Assembly: GCA_046045965.1 (NCBI GenBank)
Contig: JBJOKS010000009.1
Location: 32,001-96,000 of the forward strand
Direction of reading: 5' to 3'
Length of the DNA: 64,000 nt
From: Cyanobacteriota bacterium
GTDB taxonomy: Bacteria; Cyanobacteriota; Cyanobacteriia; Cyanobacteriales; Nostocaceae
Position numbers and translations under genes: made by a program. The notes under the pieces were generated by a model. It did no database searches, had not been told where the DNA came from, and worked only from the letters and a program-made list of their open reading frames with translations. Numbering within the stretch: the stretch's first letter is position 1; each line of letters begins with the position of its first letter. This document shows positions 10,483 to 21,134 of this stretch, in pieces.

Positions 10483-11547
10483 TTACAGCAACTCAGTAAA
10501 TCGGGGATCGCTTTGGAGGGTTTTGAGGATCTGCTTAATTTCTTGAGTACGTTCCTTGTTAACTATCAGGGTAACATTGCGATCGCGCACAATCACCACA
10601 TCCTCCAAGCCAATAGTAACAACTACATCATCTGGATTAGAAGCATAAACAATAGCCCCTTGAGTATCTAACCCTACATGGGTAGCTAATTCAACATTAG
10701 GATTATCCTCTGTTTTCAGTAGACGTTCGATCGCATTCCAGTCGCCTAGATCATCCCAACCAAATTCCACCGGCAAAACGTATGCTAGACTTGTCTTTTC
10801 CATCAGCGCATAATCTATACTTTTTTTAGGCAACTGGGGATAAACATCAAGTCCTTGTTGTTCTAAGGGTTCGATAATTTCTGGGGCATGGGTACGCAGT
10901 TCTTTTAGAACCACTCCAGCCCGAAAAACGAACATACCACTATTCCAGCTAAACCGTCCCGTTGATAAAAAATGCTCGGCTGTTTCCCGGTTGGGCTTTT
11001 CAGTAAAGCGGTTGACGTGATAAGCTGGCAACTCATTAAAGCTATCAATCTTTTCACCTTGTTCAATGTAGCCGTAACCAGTTGATGGAAAAGTAGGCTT
11101 GATCCCCAAAGTGACAATCGCTGCTGTGCTAGTCGCTAACTGGGTAGCCGCACTCAAGGTATGTGCAAACACCTCTTGATCAGCAATCCAGTGGTCAGCA
11201 GGGAAAAAGCCAATTACAGCTTCTTCTCCGTAACGCTTGTTAATTTCCAAACTTGTCCAAGCAACGGCAGCGGCTGTATCCCTACCCTCTGATTCAATCA
11301 GCAAATTTTGCTCTGGCAGATCGGGTAATTGTTCTCGTACACCTTGAGCTATTTGACTAGAAGTGATGACCCACAGGTTATCCCACCCGCCAGCGAGTGT
11401 TAGCAGTCGATCAGCGGTTGCTTGTAGTAGGCTTCTAGAACTGCCATCGAGACTTAAAAATTGCTTAGGTCTGTCTTTGCGACTAAGAGGCCAAAAACGC
11501 TCACCTTTACCGCCCGCCAGAATTACAGGGATCAGTGAATTATTCAT
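10483..11547 (-). CDS. manC: Mannose-1-phosphate guanylyltransferase
   Basis: VILAGGKGERFWPLSR..RPKQFL, PADH, TGYGYI, RFTEKP, WNSGMF, SIDYALME, GWDDLGDW. Confidence 0.92.
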   Translation of the reverse strand: MNNSLIPVILAGGKGERFWPLSRKDRPKQFLSLDGSSRSLLQATADRLLTLAGGWDNLWVITSSQIAQGVREQLPDLPEQNLLIESEGRDTAAAVAWTSLEINKRYGEEAVIGFFPADHWIADQEVFAHTLSAATQLATSTAAIVTLGIKPTFPSTGYGYIEQGEKIDSFNELPAYHVNRFTEKPNRETAEHFLSTGRFSWNSGMFVFRAGVVLKELRTHAPEIIEPLEQQGLDVYPQLPKKSIDYALMEKTSLAYVLPVEFGWDDLGDWNAIERLLKTEDNPNVELATHVGLDTQGAIVYASNPDDVVVTIGLEDVVIVRDRNVTLIVNKERTQEIKQILKTLQSDPRFTELL

Positions 11548-11786
11548 GTTGTCATATACACTTACTTCAGAACAATCTTAAGTGTACATTCATTTAATTT
11601 GGGATAATCTTCACTGATCAATCTGAGTGCTGGGGAATTTTGGATTTATGAGTTAGTTAAAAATGCGAGGGTGATGAGAAAAACAAAATCTAAAAATCAG
11701 CAATCTAAAATCTAAAATCTGCACAGATAGCTCTAACTCTAGCAACAAGAATTTGTAGCTTGTATTAACATACCTTTAGGGAGTGG

Positions 11787-13322
11787 TTGAGTGGGGAGAT
11801 AATGGTGATAAAACAAGTTCAATGGTCCAAAAATCAGGTCATACCTCAGCAAACAACAGCTTTAGATCAAGAGGCACAACCGCAACAATTTCAACGGACA
11901 GAAAATCAGGTTATACCTACCCCAGTACCAGGATCAGGGACAGAGGTTAAACCAAAACAGTCAGGAACACAGTCAATAAATCATCCGCGTAACGTTGTCG
12001 AGTCAGTGGGTGCTATCCCTGATGAACTCTATAATCGCTTAGGGTTGACAATGCCTCGCTGGCTATTGTGGATATTAACTTTTGTTGTTGGCATCATTTT
12101 ATCAGGGTTACTGGTATCAACTTTGGCGCTATGGACTCCCCTCTGGAGTAATTTAGATCAAGTCAAAGATGACGATTTTGGACCTACCAGTAAAGACCAG
12201 GTAAAAGTCCCAGGGGATTTATGGAATAAACTTTCTCAGTATCAACTATCAAAACCCATGAATATTTTAGTCATGGGCATTGAACCAGTGAAGGGTACTG
12301 TTGACGGTTCCCCAGAAAGTTTTGCTGGTAGCAGCGATACGATGTTATTGATCCGGTTAAATCCTAGTGATCAATCTATCCGCGTGCTTTCCATTCCCAG
12401 AGGGACGATGATCGCCCTCCCAGAACAGGGATTAACCAAGGTGTCTGAAGCAAATGCTAAAGGTGGTCCAGTATTAGCTGCACGGGTAGTTAGTCGAACT
12501 TTAAGCAATGCCCCCATAGATCGCTATATTCGCATTTCTACTAGCGGCTTGCGGCAATTAGTTGATCAGTTGGGTGGGGTAGATGTATTTGTCCCCCAAG
12601 CGATGAATTATCAAGATAATTCCGGTGGTTTATCTGTGAATTTAGTTAGCGGTTGGCAAACCCTCAACGGTGAACAAGCAGAACAGTTTGCGCGTTTCCG
12701 AGAATCAAGTGTAGGGGATATACCAAGAGTGCAGCGACAACAGGCACTAATAACCGCTTTGGTTCAACGTCTCAATAGTCCGACAACTTTACCCAGGTTG
12801 CCCCAAATTACTCGCATTATGCGAAAGTATTTTGACACCAACCTAAAAATGGAAGAAATGATGGCATTGGCGAATTTTTCCGTGAATGTAGAACGGGATA
12901 ATTTCCAAATGGCCATGCTACCTGGTACGTTTAGTAAATTTAGTAAAGACCCGGATAGCTATTGGTTGAATCTCACTGGACAACAAAGCTTATTGAATAA
13001 TTATGTTGGGGTGGATATACCTGGTTTAAAATCAGATTCCCGTCCAGTTTCTCGCCTCAAAATCGCTATTCAAAACGCTTCCAATCAACCTCAATTAACG
13101 GAAAATGTTATTACATATCTCAAATCCAAAGGTTTTACCAATATTTACACAATTCCTGATTGGCCTGATACCCAGCGCCAAACTCAGATAATTGTCCAGA
13201 AAGGAAACCCACAACCAGGAGTTGAACTGCAAGAAGTTTTAGGATTAGGTCAAATTGACGTTTCCGCAAATGGTGATTTAGGTTCTGACCTTACAATTCG
13301 CATTGGTAAAGATTGGAAATAG
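11787..13322 (+). CDS. conR: LCP (LytR-CpsA-Psr) protein with LytR_C domain, probable ConR ortholog
   Basis: TM helix, NILVMG, SDTMLL, SIPRGT, ARFR, GDIPRVQRQQ and C-terminal DLTIRIGKD. The neighbourhood (manC divergent; pentapeptide protein and murJ downstream) matches the Anabaena conR locus as I recall it; orthology unverified. Start may be ATG 11802. Confidence 0.75.
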   Translation: MSGEIMVIKQVQWSKNQVIPQQTTALDQEAQPQQFQRTENQVIPTPVPGSGTEVKPKQSGTQSINHPRNVVESVGAIPDELYNRLGLTMPRWLLWILTFVVGIILSGLLVSTLALWTPLWSNLDQVKDDDFGPTSKDQVKVPGDLWNKLSQYQLSKPMNILVMGIEPVKGTVDGSPESFAGSSDTMLLIRLNPSDQSIRVLSIPRGTMIALPEQGLTKVSEANAKGGPVLAARVVSRTLSNAPIDRYIRISTSGLRQLVDQLGGVDVFVPQAMNYQDNSGGLSVNLVSGWQTLNGEQAEQFARFRESSVGDIPRVQRQQALITALVQRLNSPTTLPRLPQITRIMRKYFDTNLKMEEMMALANFSVNVERDNFQMAMLPGTFSKFSKDPDSYWLNLTGQQSLLNNYVGVDIPGLKSDSRPVSRLKIAIQNASNQPQLTENVITYLKSKGFTNIYTIPDWPDTQRQTQIIVQKGNPQPGVELQEVLGLGQIDVSANGDLGSDLTIRIGKDWK

Positions 13323-13395
13323 TTATTAGTCATTAGTTATTAGTCATTAGTCATTAGTTAAAACATTAACCAATGACCAATGACCAATAACCAAC
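13320..13395. repeat. STRR tracts (TTAGTCA/TTAGTTA and CCAATGA), partly inverted
   Basis: Seen directly between the LCP and pentapeptide genes. Confidence 0.8.
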
Positions 13396-13404
13396 TATAA
13401 ATTT

Positions 13405-13911
13405 ATGAAGAAGATTTTGTTGAGATTTTTTAGTTTAATATTGATTTTGCTTCTAGCTTGGTTGTGGATAATTATTAATCCTAAACCAGCTTTTGCTCAA
13501 GTTAATACCATTAATTATAACAATGCCTCTTTAGAAAATCGTGACTTTTCTAATACTGATTTAACAGGAGTTAATTTTGTGTCCGCAGAAATGCGGGGGA
13601 CAAATTTTCAAGGTGCGAATTTAACTAACGCCATGTTAACGAAAGGTGTGTTACTAAAGGCAAATTTACAAGATGCGAATTTAACAGGTGCTTTAGTTGA
13701 TCGCGTGACACTAGATGGTGCTAATCTAAAGAACGCTATTTTCACAGAAGCTACTTTAACCCGGAGCCGTTTTTATGATGCGGATATTACTGGTGCTGAT
13801 TTTACAGACGCTTTAATTGACCGTTATCAGGTTTCGCTATTGTGTGAAAGGGCTGATGGTGTTAATCCTATAACTGGTATTTCTACACGGGATAGTTTGG
13901 GGTGTAGGTAG
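13405..13911 (+). CDS. Exported pentapeptide-repeat protein
   Basis: Signal peptide ending AFA, A(N/D)LxG repeats, C-terminal LC...GVNPITG..TRDSLGC. Confidence 0.93.
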   Translation: MKKILLRFFSLILILLLAWLWIIINPKPAFAQVNTINYNNASLENRDFSNTDLTGVNFVSAEMRGTNFQGANLTNAMLTKGVLLKANLQDANLTGALVDRVTLDGANLKNAIFTEATLTRSRFYDADITGADFTDALIDRYQVSLLCERADGVNPITGISTRDSLGCR

Positions 13912-13931
13912 GTGACAGGTGACAGGTGACA
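13910..13931. repeat. STRR (AGGTGAC)x3
   Basis: Seen directly; same unit at 54771-54799 and inverted at about 2165 and 36131. Confidence 0.75.
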
Positions 13932-14040
13932 GTGAAGAAGAGGGTGTAGGGTATGGGGTAAGAAAAGGTATAGGTAGAGTCTTCATAATGGCATTTATTG
14001 TCTGAGACTGGGAACGAGATCGAATCTACTACTAACTACA

Positions 14041-14535
14041 CTATGGAAGAAACTTCTTGATTTTTTCGTTGATAAAATCTATAGCGAAGGAGTCAATGTT
14101 AGGATTTTTTGATTTAGACTTCATATTTATACAATTAACTACATCGACCATAGCACTGTGAACCTCACATTTAAAATTAAAATAAGCAAGAGAGCATAAA
14201 ACTTTATTGATTGCGAAAGGGATTTCTTCGAGAAAATCGACATTTTCAATACACTGTATTGATTCGTGATCAAGGCTTCTCTCAATAGTCTGATAAACAA
14301 CGAGTCGTATTTCTGATATACTGCTAGTATCACCTTCTTGAATATGTAATTCATAATCTCCAAAACAATCCCTATTATCAATGGAATAAAATCTTGATGG
14401 AATATCAAAGCTTAGTGTTCCATCGTAGTCTACAAAATATACACGATTACCGGTTTCATCTTGAAACGAAGCATATTCAAAACCATAAAGCATTAAATAT
14501 TCAATAAGCTTTTGCTTGATTAATTCTTTAGACAT
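14041..14535 (-). CDS. Hypothetical orphan protein
   Basis: 164-aa acidic ORF with ATG start, opposite to its flanks; no recognisable motif. Confidence 0.6.
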   Translation of the reverse strand: MSKELIKQKLIEYLMLYGFEYASFQDETGNRVYFVDYDGTLSFDIPSRFYSIDNRDCFGDYELHIQEGDTSSISEIRLVVYQTIERSLDHESIQCIENVDFLEEIPFAINKVLCSLAYFNFKCEVHSAMVDVVNCINMKSKSKNPNIDSFAIDFINEKIKKFLP

Positions 14536-14730
14536 GATTTGATTTTCGTTGGATTTTTATAATTTACAATCTATTATACACCTGAGATGTCAGTAAAAGT
14601 AGTGAGGTATGAAAAAAAGATAGACTTGTGGAGTAATAAACCATTTCTTCAAAAGTTACCTGACAAATGTTAAGATTTCAGGTTAAATATTCTCAGATAT
14701 TGACTCTGCAAGAGTTTCTAGGTATTATTC

Positions 14731-16338
14731 GTGACTGAACAACAACAAGAAAAACCCTCTCGTTCTTTTGCTGGTATTGCTGGTATTGTTGCCGCAGCAA
14801 CATTAATTAGTAAAGTATTTGGTTTAATTAGACAGCAAGCGATCGCAGCTGTTTTTGGTGTGGGTGCTGCTGCTACTGCTTACAGTTACGCCTATATTAT
14901 CCCTGGCTTTCTATTAATTTTATTAGGTGGTGTCAATGGACCCTTACATAGTGCCATTGTTAGCGTTTTAGCCAAGCGCAAAAAAGAAGAATCAGCACCT
15001 TTAGTAGAAACAGTCACAACCATAGTTGGTGGTTTGTTGTTAATAGTGACAGTTGCTCAGATTTTTTTGGCAGAACCTTTAATTGATATAGTTGGTTATG
15101 GTTTAGAACCTGCCACAAGAGCGATCGCCATTCGTCAACTGCAAATAATGGCTCCGATGGCTTTATTTTCCGGTTTAATTGGTATTGGTTTCGGTACTCT
15201 CAACGCAGCAAATCAATATTGGTTACTTTCTATTAGTCCTTTATTATCCAGTATTACTGTAGTCGCAGGTATTGGGATTTTGGCTTTGCAATATGGCAAA
15301 GATATCATCAAGCCAGAATTCGCTTTAATTGGTGGCATGGTATTAGCTTGGGGAACTTTAGCGGGGGCGATTTTGCAATGGTCAGTACAATTAATTGTGC
15401 AGTGGCGTTTAGGTTTAGGAACATTAAAACTGAGATTTGATTTTAAATCTCCCGCAGTTCAAGAAGTGATTAAAATCATGACCCCGGCAACAATTTCTTC
15501 GGGAATGATGCCGATAAATGTGGCAACAGATTTATATTTTGCCAGTCCCATTAAAGGCGCAGCCGCAGGTTTTAACTATGCCAATTTATTAGTACAAACA
15601 CCATTAGGGATTATTTCTAATATTATTTTACTGCCTTTATTACCAATATTTGCCAAATTAGCAGAACCAGAAAACTGGCCAGATTTAAAATTACGCATTC
15701 GTCAAGGACTGTTATTAACTGCGGTGACGATGCTACCTTTAGGGGCGTTAATGATAGCTTTATCTGAACCAATTGTGCAGGTAGTTTATCAACGGGGAGC
15801 ATTTAAACAAGAAGCTACCGAGTTAGTTTCTTCTCTGTTAATTGCCTATGGAATTGGGATGTTTGTTTATTTAGGGCGTGATGTTTTGGTGAGGGTATTT
15901 TATGCTTTAGGTGATGGACAAACACCTTTTAAAATTAGTACGTTTAATATTTTATTGAATGCAGTTTTAGATTTTATTTTAGTTAAACCCTTTGGTGCGC
16001 CTGGTTTGGTGTTAGCTACAGTTGGGGTAAATTGCAGTTCAATTTTAATGTTGTTGTGGTTGTTAAATAGGAAATTAAATGGTTTACCTTTGCGGGAATG
16101 GAGTTTACCAATTTTCGGTTTAACTGCGGGTAGTGTGGTTGCGGGAATTGCAAGTTATGGGACTTTGGTTGGTTGTCAGCAGGTGTTGGGGAATCAGGGT
16201 TTAGTTGTTTTAATAATTGAGTTGTGTGTTTCTGGTGCGGTGGGAATTGGTGTGTTTGCGGTTATTGCGGGGATGATGAGAATACCGGAGGTTAATAGTT
16301 TTGTGGTGAAGATGCGGCAGAAGTTTTTGAAGAGATAG
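14731..16338 (+). CDS. murJ: Lipid II flippase MurJ (MviN)
   Basis: ATLISKVFGLIRQQAIAAVFG, many TM helices, YQRGAF, RVFYALGD. Confidence 0.93.
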   Translation: MTEQQQEKPSRSFAGIAGIVAAATLISKVFGLIRQQAIAAVFGVGAAATAYSYAYIIPGFLLILLGGVNGPLHSAIVSVLAKRKKEESAPLVETVTTIVGGLLLIVTVAQIFLAEPLIDIVGYGLEPATRAIAIRQLQIMAPMALFSGLIGIGFGTLNAANQYWLLSISPLLSSITVVAGIGILALQYGKDIIKPEFALIGGMVLAWGTLAGAILQWSVQLIVQWRLGLGTLKLRFDFKSPAVQEVIKIMTPATISSGMMPINVATDLYFASPIKGAAAGFNYANLLVQTPLGIISNIILLPLLPIFAKLAEPENWPDLKLRIRQGLLLTAVTMLPLGALMIALSEPIVQVVYQRGAFKQEATELVSSLLIAYGIGMFVYLGRDVLVRVFYALGDGQTPFKISTFNILLNAVLDFILVKPFGAPGLVLATVGVNCSSILMLLWLLNRKLNGLPLREWSLPIFGLTAGSVVAGIASYGTLVGCQQVLGNQGLVVLIIELCVSGAVGIGVFAVIAGMMRIPEVNSFVVKMRQKFLKR

Positions 16339-16347
16339 GTTTGATTT

Positions 16348-17085
16348 TTAGATGATATATTTACCAAGAGATAAAGTTTGAATAAAAGTACGAGATTCGG
16401 GGACATTCTGAAAAATTCTGCCTATACTTTCTGAGTTGATAAAATCTAATGCTTTTTGATTAAATTCTTCATCACTGATTGTTTGCAGTTCAGTCGTACC
16501 ATAAAGTAATTGTTTTAATTCTCTTGGTTTTTTGCCATAAGCGTCCTTAATTAATTTTTTGGTATCTATTTTAGCAGCAGCTATAAATATTTCTGTAGAG
16601 GGAAAAACAACAACTGGAATTACTACAGGTAGATATTCATGAGTATACCCTTCTCTTGCTTTCGCTCGATAAAATTCTTCTATACTTCCTACTAATATTT
16701 TAGATATACTAAATCTCCAATCTTTAAAATAGTCATCAGGGTTGGAAAATGTATGTTCACTATCAGCAGTAAGTAATATAATATCTCGGTTACAAATTAG
16801 TTCAACTTCGCTTTTAAAATCTGCAAAAGCTCCATAAAGAGTGTTTGCAACTGAATTTTTAAAATCTAAAGCCTGTTTACCTGTTAAATAGCAACCGTCT
16901 GTAATTTTATTGGCTTCTCGACAATATTTTTCTACAGCATCATGAATAGTTTGCCTCCTTAACTCGATATAATTAAGAGTCACATTATTTTGCTCTCCAT
17001 CAGATAAAATACACTCAGAGATTTTTCTGAAAATTGCTATATCAGTTGCTCCATCTCCAACAATGCCTATATTTCTTGCCAGCAT
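16348..17085 (-). CDS. Hypothetical protein with TOPRIM/DUF4276-like N-terminus, partner of upstream ATPase
   Basis: IGIVGDGATD resembles the TOPRIM hhhEGxxD strand; LTADSE and PSTEIFI resemble the DxD and ExW-type motifs of ATPase-linked nucleases. ATG 17085 preferred. Confidence 0.6.
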   Translation of the reverse strand: MLARNIGIVGDGATDIAIFRKISECILSDGEQNNVTLNYIELRRQTIHDAVEKYCREANKITDGCYLTGKQALDFKNSVANTLYGAFADFKSEVELICNRDIILLTADSEHTFSNPDDYFKDWRFSISKILVGSIEEFYRAKAREGYTHEYLPVVIPVVVFPSTEIFIAAAKIDTKKLIKDAYGKKPRELKQLLYGTTELQTISDEEFNQKALDFINSESIGRIFQNVPESRTFIQTLSLGKYII

Positions 17086-17111
17086 CACATTTTCCCTGAT
17101 TACCCACCTGA

Positions 17112-18362
17112 TTAACCAATTGTTCCTGAATACCAAAGTTCTGCTAACTGATATTTTGGTATCTCTACTATTTTTTTACCTGTAGTTTCATCCTCTATAA
17201 TTTCACCTTCCACAGTGCCTATACCTACAAGTGTTTCCAGAGATGTATTTAGATTTCTGACATCACTGGTTCTATTACGTTTTTCTAACCGCACTGTATA
17301 GACATGATCTAAATGATTATGAAACTCGCGCAAAACAGATGGACTATGGGAAGTAATGATAAATTGAGATGTGAAACCTTCTGAAGTTGGAGATGTCATT
17401 TGCCAAATCCAACGCATTAGTTCTTGAATATTTCCAGGATTTACACCATTTTCAATTTCTTCTAAGAGTATCAAACTTGGTGGTCTGTAAAGAGAAGCAA
17501 GAAGACTAATAGCAGCTGCTTTCATGAATCCATCTGAAACCGCATCTGGTGGAAATTCTTGTACAATTGTATTTTGTCCAAGATCAAAATTCCATACAAG
17601 TTTGGAGATTTTATCACTATAGCGAACCCCTTGAAAGTTCTTTTCAAATCGCCTCATTAAAGCAGTAAATCTTGTAAATGTTCGTTCTTCTTTTTCTTTG
17701 ATATATTTAATAACAGCTTGCAGTCCACGCCCTGTACTACCTAATTCAGAAGGAATTTTAATAAAATCACTCTTGTCTATTTCATCCTGAGCATCATCAA
17801 CATCATGAATTTGCTCATCTTTAACTAAACCTTTTAAAAAAGCAGGTTGGAAGTGATAACTATATGTGTTTGCAAAATCTCCAAAAAATTCTCTACATAA
17901 TTTTTTTTCTGCTGGTTGCAAAGATGAATTATCTTCAATATTTTGTCTTAAAGCAATTAAATTAGTTGACTGATCATATCCACTTGTAATTATCTTTTCA
18001 TTATTATCTAGTCTGATTGTTATTTTTTCTTTGCAACTAGCAAACTCTGGAAAATTTTTATTCTCATGCAATTCTATTTCATAAATAATACTGCCTTTGG
18101 AATTATTCCAAGCGATTTTAAATTCCATTGGTTCGCCATCAGCTAGTCTATAACGATGAGCATATAAGTCTCTGTGGACATTAACTGTTTTTTTAGCATT
18201 TCCAGGGCGACCTCTTCTGACAAGCCTACAAAAGTGTTGTATACCTGCTAGAAGATTAGACTTACCTGAATTATTATTACCAATCAACAAGGTAACTGGA
18301 TAAAGCTCTAGAGTAGTCAGCTTATGGGTTTTAAAGTTTTTAAGTGTAACTTGCGTAAACAT
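17112..18362 (-). CDS. ABC-type (AAA_21/AAA_15-like) ATPase
   Basis: LKNFKT, Walker A GNNNSGKSN, signature VSDG, Walker B LLEEIENGVNP, ITSHSP, C-terminal LAELWYSGTIG. Confidence 0.9.
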   Translation of the reverse strand: MFTQVTLKNFKTHKLTTLELYPVTLLIGNNNSGKSNLLAGIQHFCRLVRRGRPGNAKKTVNVHRDLYAHRYRLADGEPMEFKIAWNNSKGSIIYEIELHENKNFPEFASCKEKITIRLDNNEKIITSGYDQSTNLIALRQNIEDNSSLQPAEKKLCREFFGDFANTYSYHFQPAFLKGLVKDEQIHDVDDAQDEIDKSDFIKIPSELGSTGRGLQAVIKYIKEKEERTFTRFTALMRRFEKNFQGVRYSDKISKLVWNFDLGQNTIVQEFPPDAVSDGFMKAAAISLLASLYRPPSLILLEEIENGVNPGNIQELMRWIWQMTSPTSEGFTSQFIITSHSPSVLREFHNHLDHVYTVRLEKRNRTSDVRNLNTSLETLVGIGTVEGEIIEDETTGKKIVEIPKYQLAELWYSGTIG

Positions 18363-18657
18363 AATTATTTTCTCGTAACGACTATAATTTTACATTATTA
18401 CTGTCAATAACACAACTTTTTGTGCTGGTAAAGGCTAGTAAGAGCGAGTGAAGTTATTTTAATAAAGCCATCTGATCCAAAAACAATAGATTCTTAGATT
18501 GATTTTAGTGACTTATCTGAACAGGTAAATTTTACACAAAGCAGTGATGAATGACTAATTAAACCATGCAATATCCTCGACTTCTTTAATAAGTCAGGGT
18601 ATCTAAACTTATAAAATCAGGTTACAATAACTAAAAATTAACGAAAGATAACAGTTT

Positions 18658-19890
18658 TTGGTGAATAAACCTCAAATCCCCAATTTACCCCTACCAGCAC
18701 CCCTTATAGGCTCAGATGCTGGTTCTTTTACTGAGTTTACAGTAACCCAAAGAATGCCAGATATTGCACGTCGTGTAATCACAGAAAATAAATTCTCCAC
18801 CGAGATAAATCAAAACTTGGAAAAATTAGCATCAGAACTACCAAGCGGATATTTACAACCTTTAACAAATGATTCTAGTGTCGATTTTCACGACTGGGAG
18901 AAATATCTAGAACCCTATAAAAATCAGCGTTGGGTAGATGTACCTTGGTTTGTTGCAGAAACTTATTTTTATCGTCTGATTCTCAACATTACTAATTACT
19001 TTCAATTAGGAAAATGGCAAAGTGTTGATCCATTTTTATTACAAAAAAACCAAGGTTTAGAAGCATCAATTGATGCTATTAGTTCTTTGTGTACTCAAGT
19101 ACAACAATGGTTGGATGAGTCCATAAAAGCAGGTAAACCTAGTAAATCGTCTCTCATTGCTTTATTGTATTTTGCATTATGGGGAAATCGTGTTGATTTA
19201 AGTTTATGGTCAGCTTTTGAAGATGACAGGAGTAGTTTTGATATTCAAACTCAATTAAGTAACATTTTAGTAGATGACTCCTTTGCCGTTACCAAGCTCT
19301 TAAGTAAATCTCAGAATAACCGCATTGATTTTGTCATTGATAATGCTGGGTTTGAGTTAATTTGTGATTTATGTTTAGTAGATTTTCTCTTGGGTAGTGG
19401 CTTTGCAAATCAGGTTTATTTGCATTTAAAACCCCATCCAACTTTCGTATCTGATGCGATGATCAAAGATGTGCATGAAACGAAGGAATTTTTAGAAAAA
19501 AGTAGCCATTCTCAAGTTCAATCTTTGGGACAGATACTAACAGAAAACCTAGCTTCCGGTCGGTTAGTTTTAACTGAAGATTATTTTTGGACTTCACCTT
19601 TAGCGTTTTGGGAAATGCCAAAATCACTCAAAGAAGAGTTAGGGAAGTCGAATTTAATAGTTGTTAAAGGTGATGCTAATTATCGGCGTTTGTTGGGAGA
19701 TTTACACTGGAATTTTACCACAAAATTCGCAGAGATAGTTTCTTATTTACCTGCTCCTATGGTAGCTTTACGTACTTTAAAATCAGAAGTAGCCGCAGGT
19801 TTAAAAGCTGAAGTTTTGGAGGAATTAACAATAGCTGATCCTAAGTGGTTGACAAATGGACAGTGGGGGGTAATTCAGTTGGTAGACTAA
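18658..19890 (+). CDS. Damage-control phosphatase, ARMT1/DUF89 family
   Basis: ETYFYR, LWGNRVDLS, IDNAGFEL, FVSD, KGDANYRRL, LRTLKSE. Confidence 0.9.
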   Translation: MVNKPQIPNLPLPAPLIGSDAGSFTEFTVTQRMPDIARRVITENKFSTEINQNLEKLASELPSGYLQPLTNDSSVDFHDWEKYLEPYKNQRWVDVPWFVAETYFYRLILNITNYFQLGKWQSVDPFLLQKNQGLEASIDAISSLCTQVQQWLDESIKAGKPSKSSLIALLYFALWGNRVDLSLWSAFEDDRSSFDIQTQLSNILVDDSFAVTKLLSKSQNNRIDFVIDNAGFELICDLCLVDFLLGSGFANQVYLHLKPHPTFVSDAMIKDVHETKEFLEKSSHSQVQSLGQILTENLASGRLVLTEDYFWTSPLAFWEMPKSLKEELGKSNLIVVKGDANYRRLLGDLHWNFTTKFAEIVSYLPAPMVALRTLKSEVAAGLKAEVLEELTIADPKWLTNGQWGVIQLVD

Positions 19891-19963
19891 GGAGAGGAGA
19901 GAATATTTAAAAAGTATCAAAATTCCTGATGCAAGCAAATATTCTGACTCCTGAATTCTTACA

Positions 19964-21097
19964 TTAAATTGTCATGGGTGACTCAACATAAAGAGTTGGT
20001 TCTTGCATCTTAAATTCTATACCGTAACCAAGCAATTTTTTAGAAATATGTTCATTTGCTAATTCTAATAAACGCTTGCGGAAGTCAATTGAATTTTCAT
20101 GAGAACCCAAAATAAAGAAACTCACCCTAGCGCGAACTCCTTCTTGATCTTCTTGGGGAAATAAGTTAATTTTGGTACTATTGGGATCAATTCCAAATAA
20201 AGTAATGGTACTTTCCTTAATCACTTTTTCTAGTAATGCTTCTTCTGGTTTTTCTAGGATTCTCGGAAAATCAAGATAAAGCAAAACCATTAACTTTTTC
20301 CCTCTAGTGATATTTTCAATATCAACTTTTGCCATTACTGAATTAGGAACAATTACCAAGGTACTTTTAGCAGCAATTCTCAGCTTTGTGGAACGCAAAC
20401 CAATTGATTCCACACGCGCAAATAATATACCTTGAGAACTTAAATTAACGCGAATGTATTCCCCAGGAACAAAAGGACGATCTAGATATAAAACAACAGT
20501 ACCAAAAATTTGTTCCAGAGTGCTTTGAGCAGCAAAAGCAACGGCTATACCCCCAATACCCAAACCAGCAATTAAACCTATTAAATTAACATTCTGACTC
20601 TGAGCAAATGCTAAAGCTGCTATAAAACCAATAAAGACATTAGCGACTGTTTCCACAACTAGCAATAATTCATCAACTTCTAACCCTACTTTGCGAATTA
20701 AATCAATTCCGTAAACGCGCAAAACCTGACGAAACAAACGGGATACTAAAGCTGCAAAACTACTAATTACTGCTAAATCTAGAAAAAATTTCAGGAATTG
20801 ATAAAAGCCTGTATATTGTTGCAGCAAATTCAAAGATACAGCAACAAGAACTAAAGTCCCTGTAATTTTCAGGAGATTTTCTAGAGGATCAATTAAACTT
20901 TCATAAATCTTGACTATTGGTTGGGGTGTAAATTTATGAACGATTATTGTTAACACACCCGGAGTATATTTACCAACTAGCAAAGATCCGAGAAAAAAGA
21001 ACCCAAAAATTCCCAAATTAATTGCCAATGATATCAGAAGTTTACGTGTTTCTTCGTCAATTAGCAACCAATTTGGGATGTCTAATAAAATCTGCAT
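19964..21097 (-). CDS. Mechanosensitive channel, MscS family
   Basis: GLGIGGIAVAFAAQ, DRPF, VESIGLRSTK, VPNS. Confidence 0.9.
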   Translation of the reverse strand: MQILLDIPNWLLIDEETRKLLISLAINLGIFGFFFLGSLLVGKYTPGVLTIIVHKFTPQPIVKIYESLIDPLENLLKITGTLVLVAVSLNLLQQYTGFYQFLKFFLDLAVISSFAALVSRLFRQVLRVYGIDLIRKVGLEVDELLLVVETVANVFIGFIAALAFAQSQNVNLIGLIAGLGIGGIAVAFAAQSTLEQIFGTVVLYLDRPFVPGEYIRVNLSSQGILFARVESIGLRSTKLRIAAKSTLVIVPNSVMAKVDIENITRGKKLMVLLYLDFPRILEKPEEALLEKVIKESTITLFGIDPNSTKINLFPQEDQEGVRARVSFFILGSHENSIDFRKRLLELANEHISKKLLGYGIEFKMQEPTLYVESPMTI

Positions 21098-21134
21098 TTT
21101 ACTTATTTACCGAACTTTACCGAACCGAACTTAT

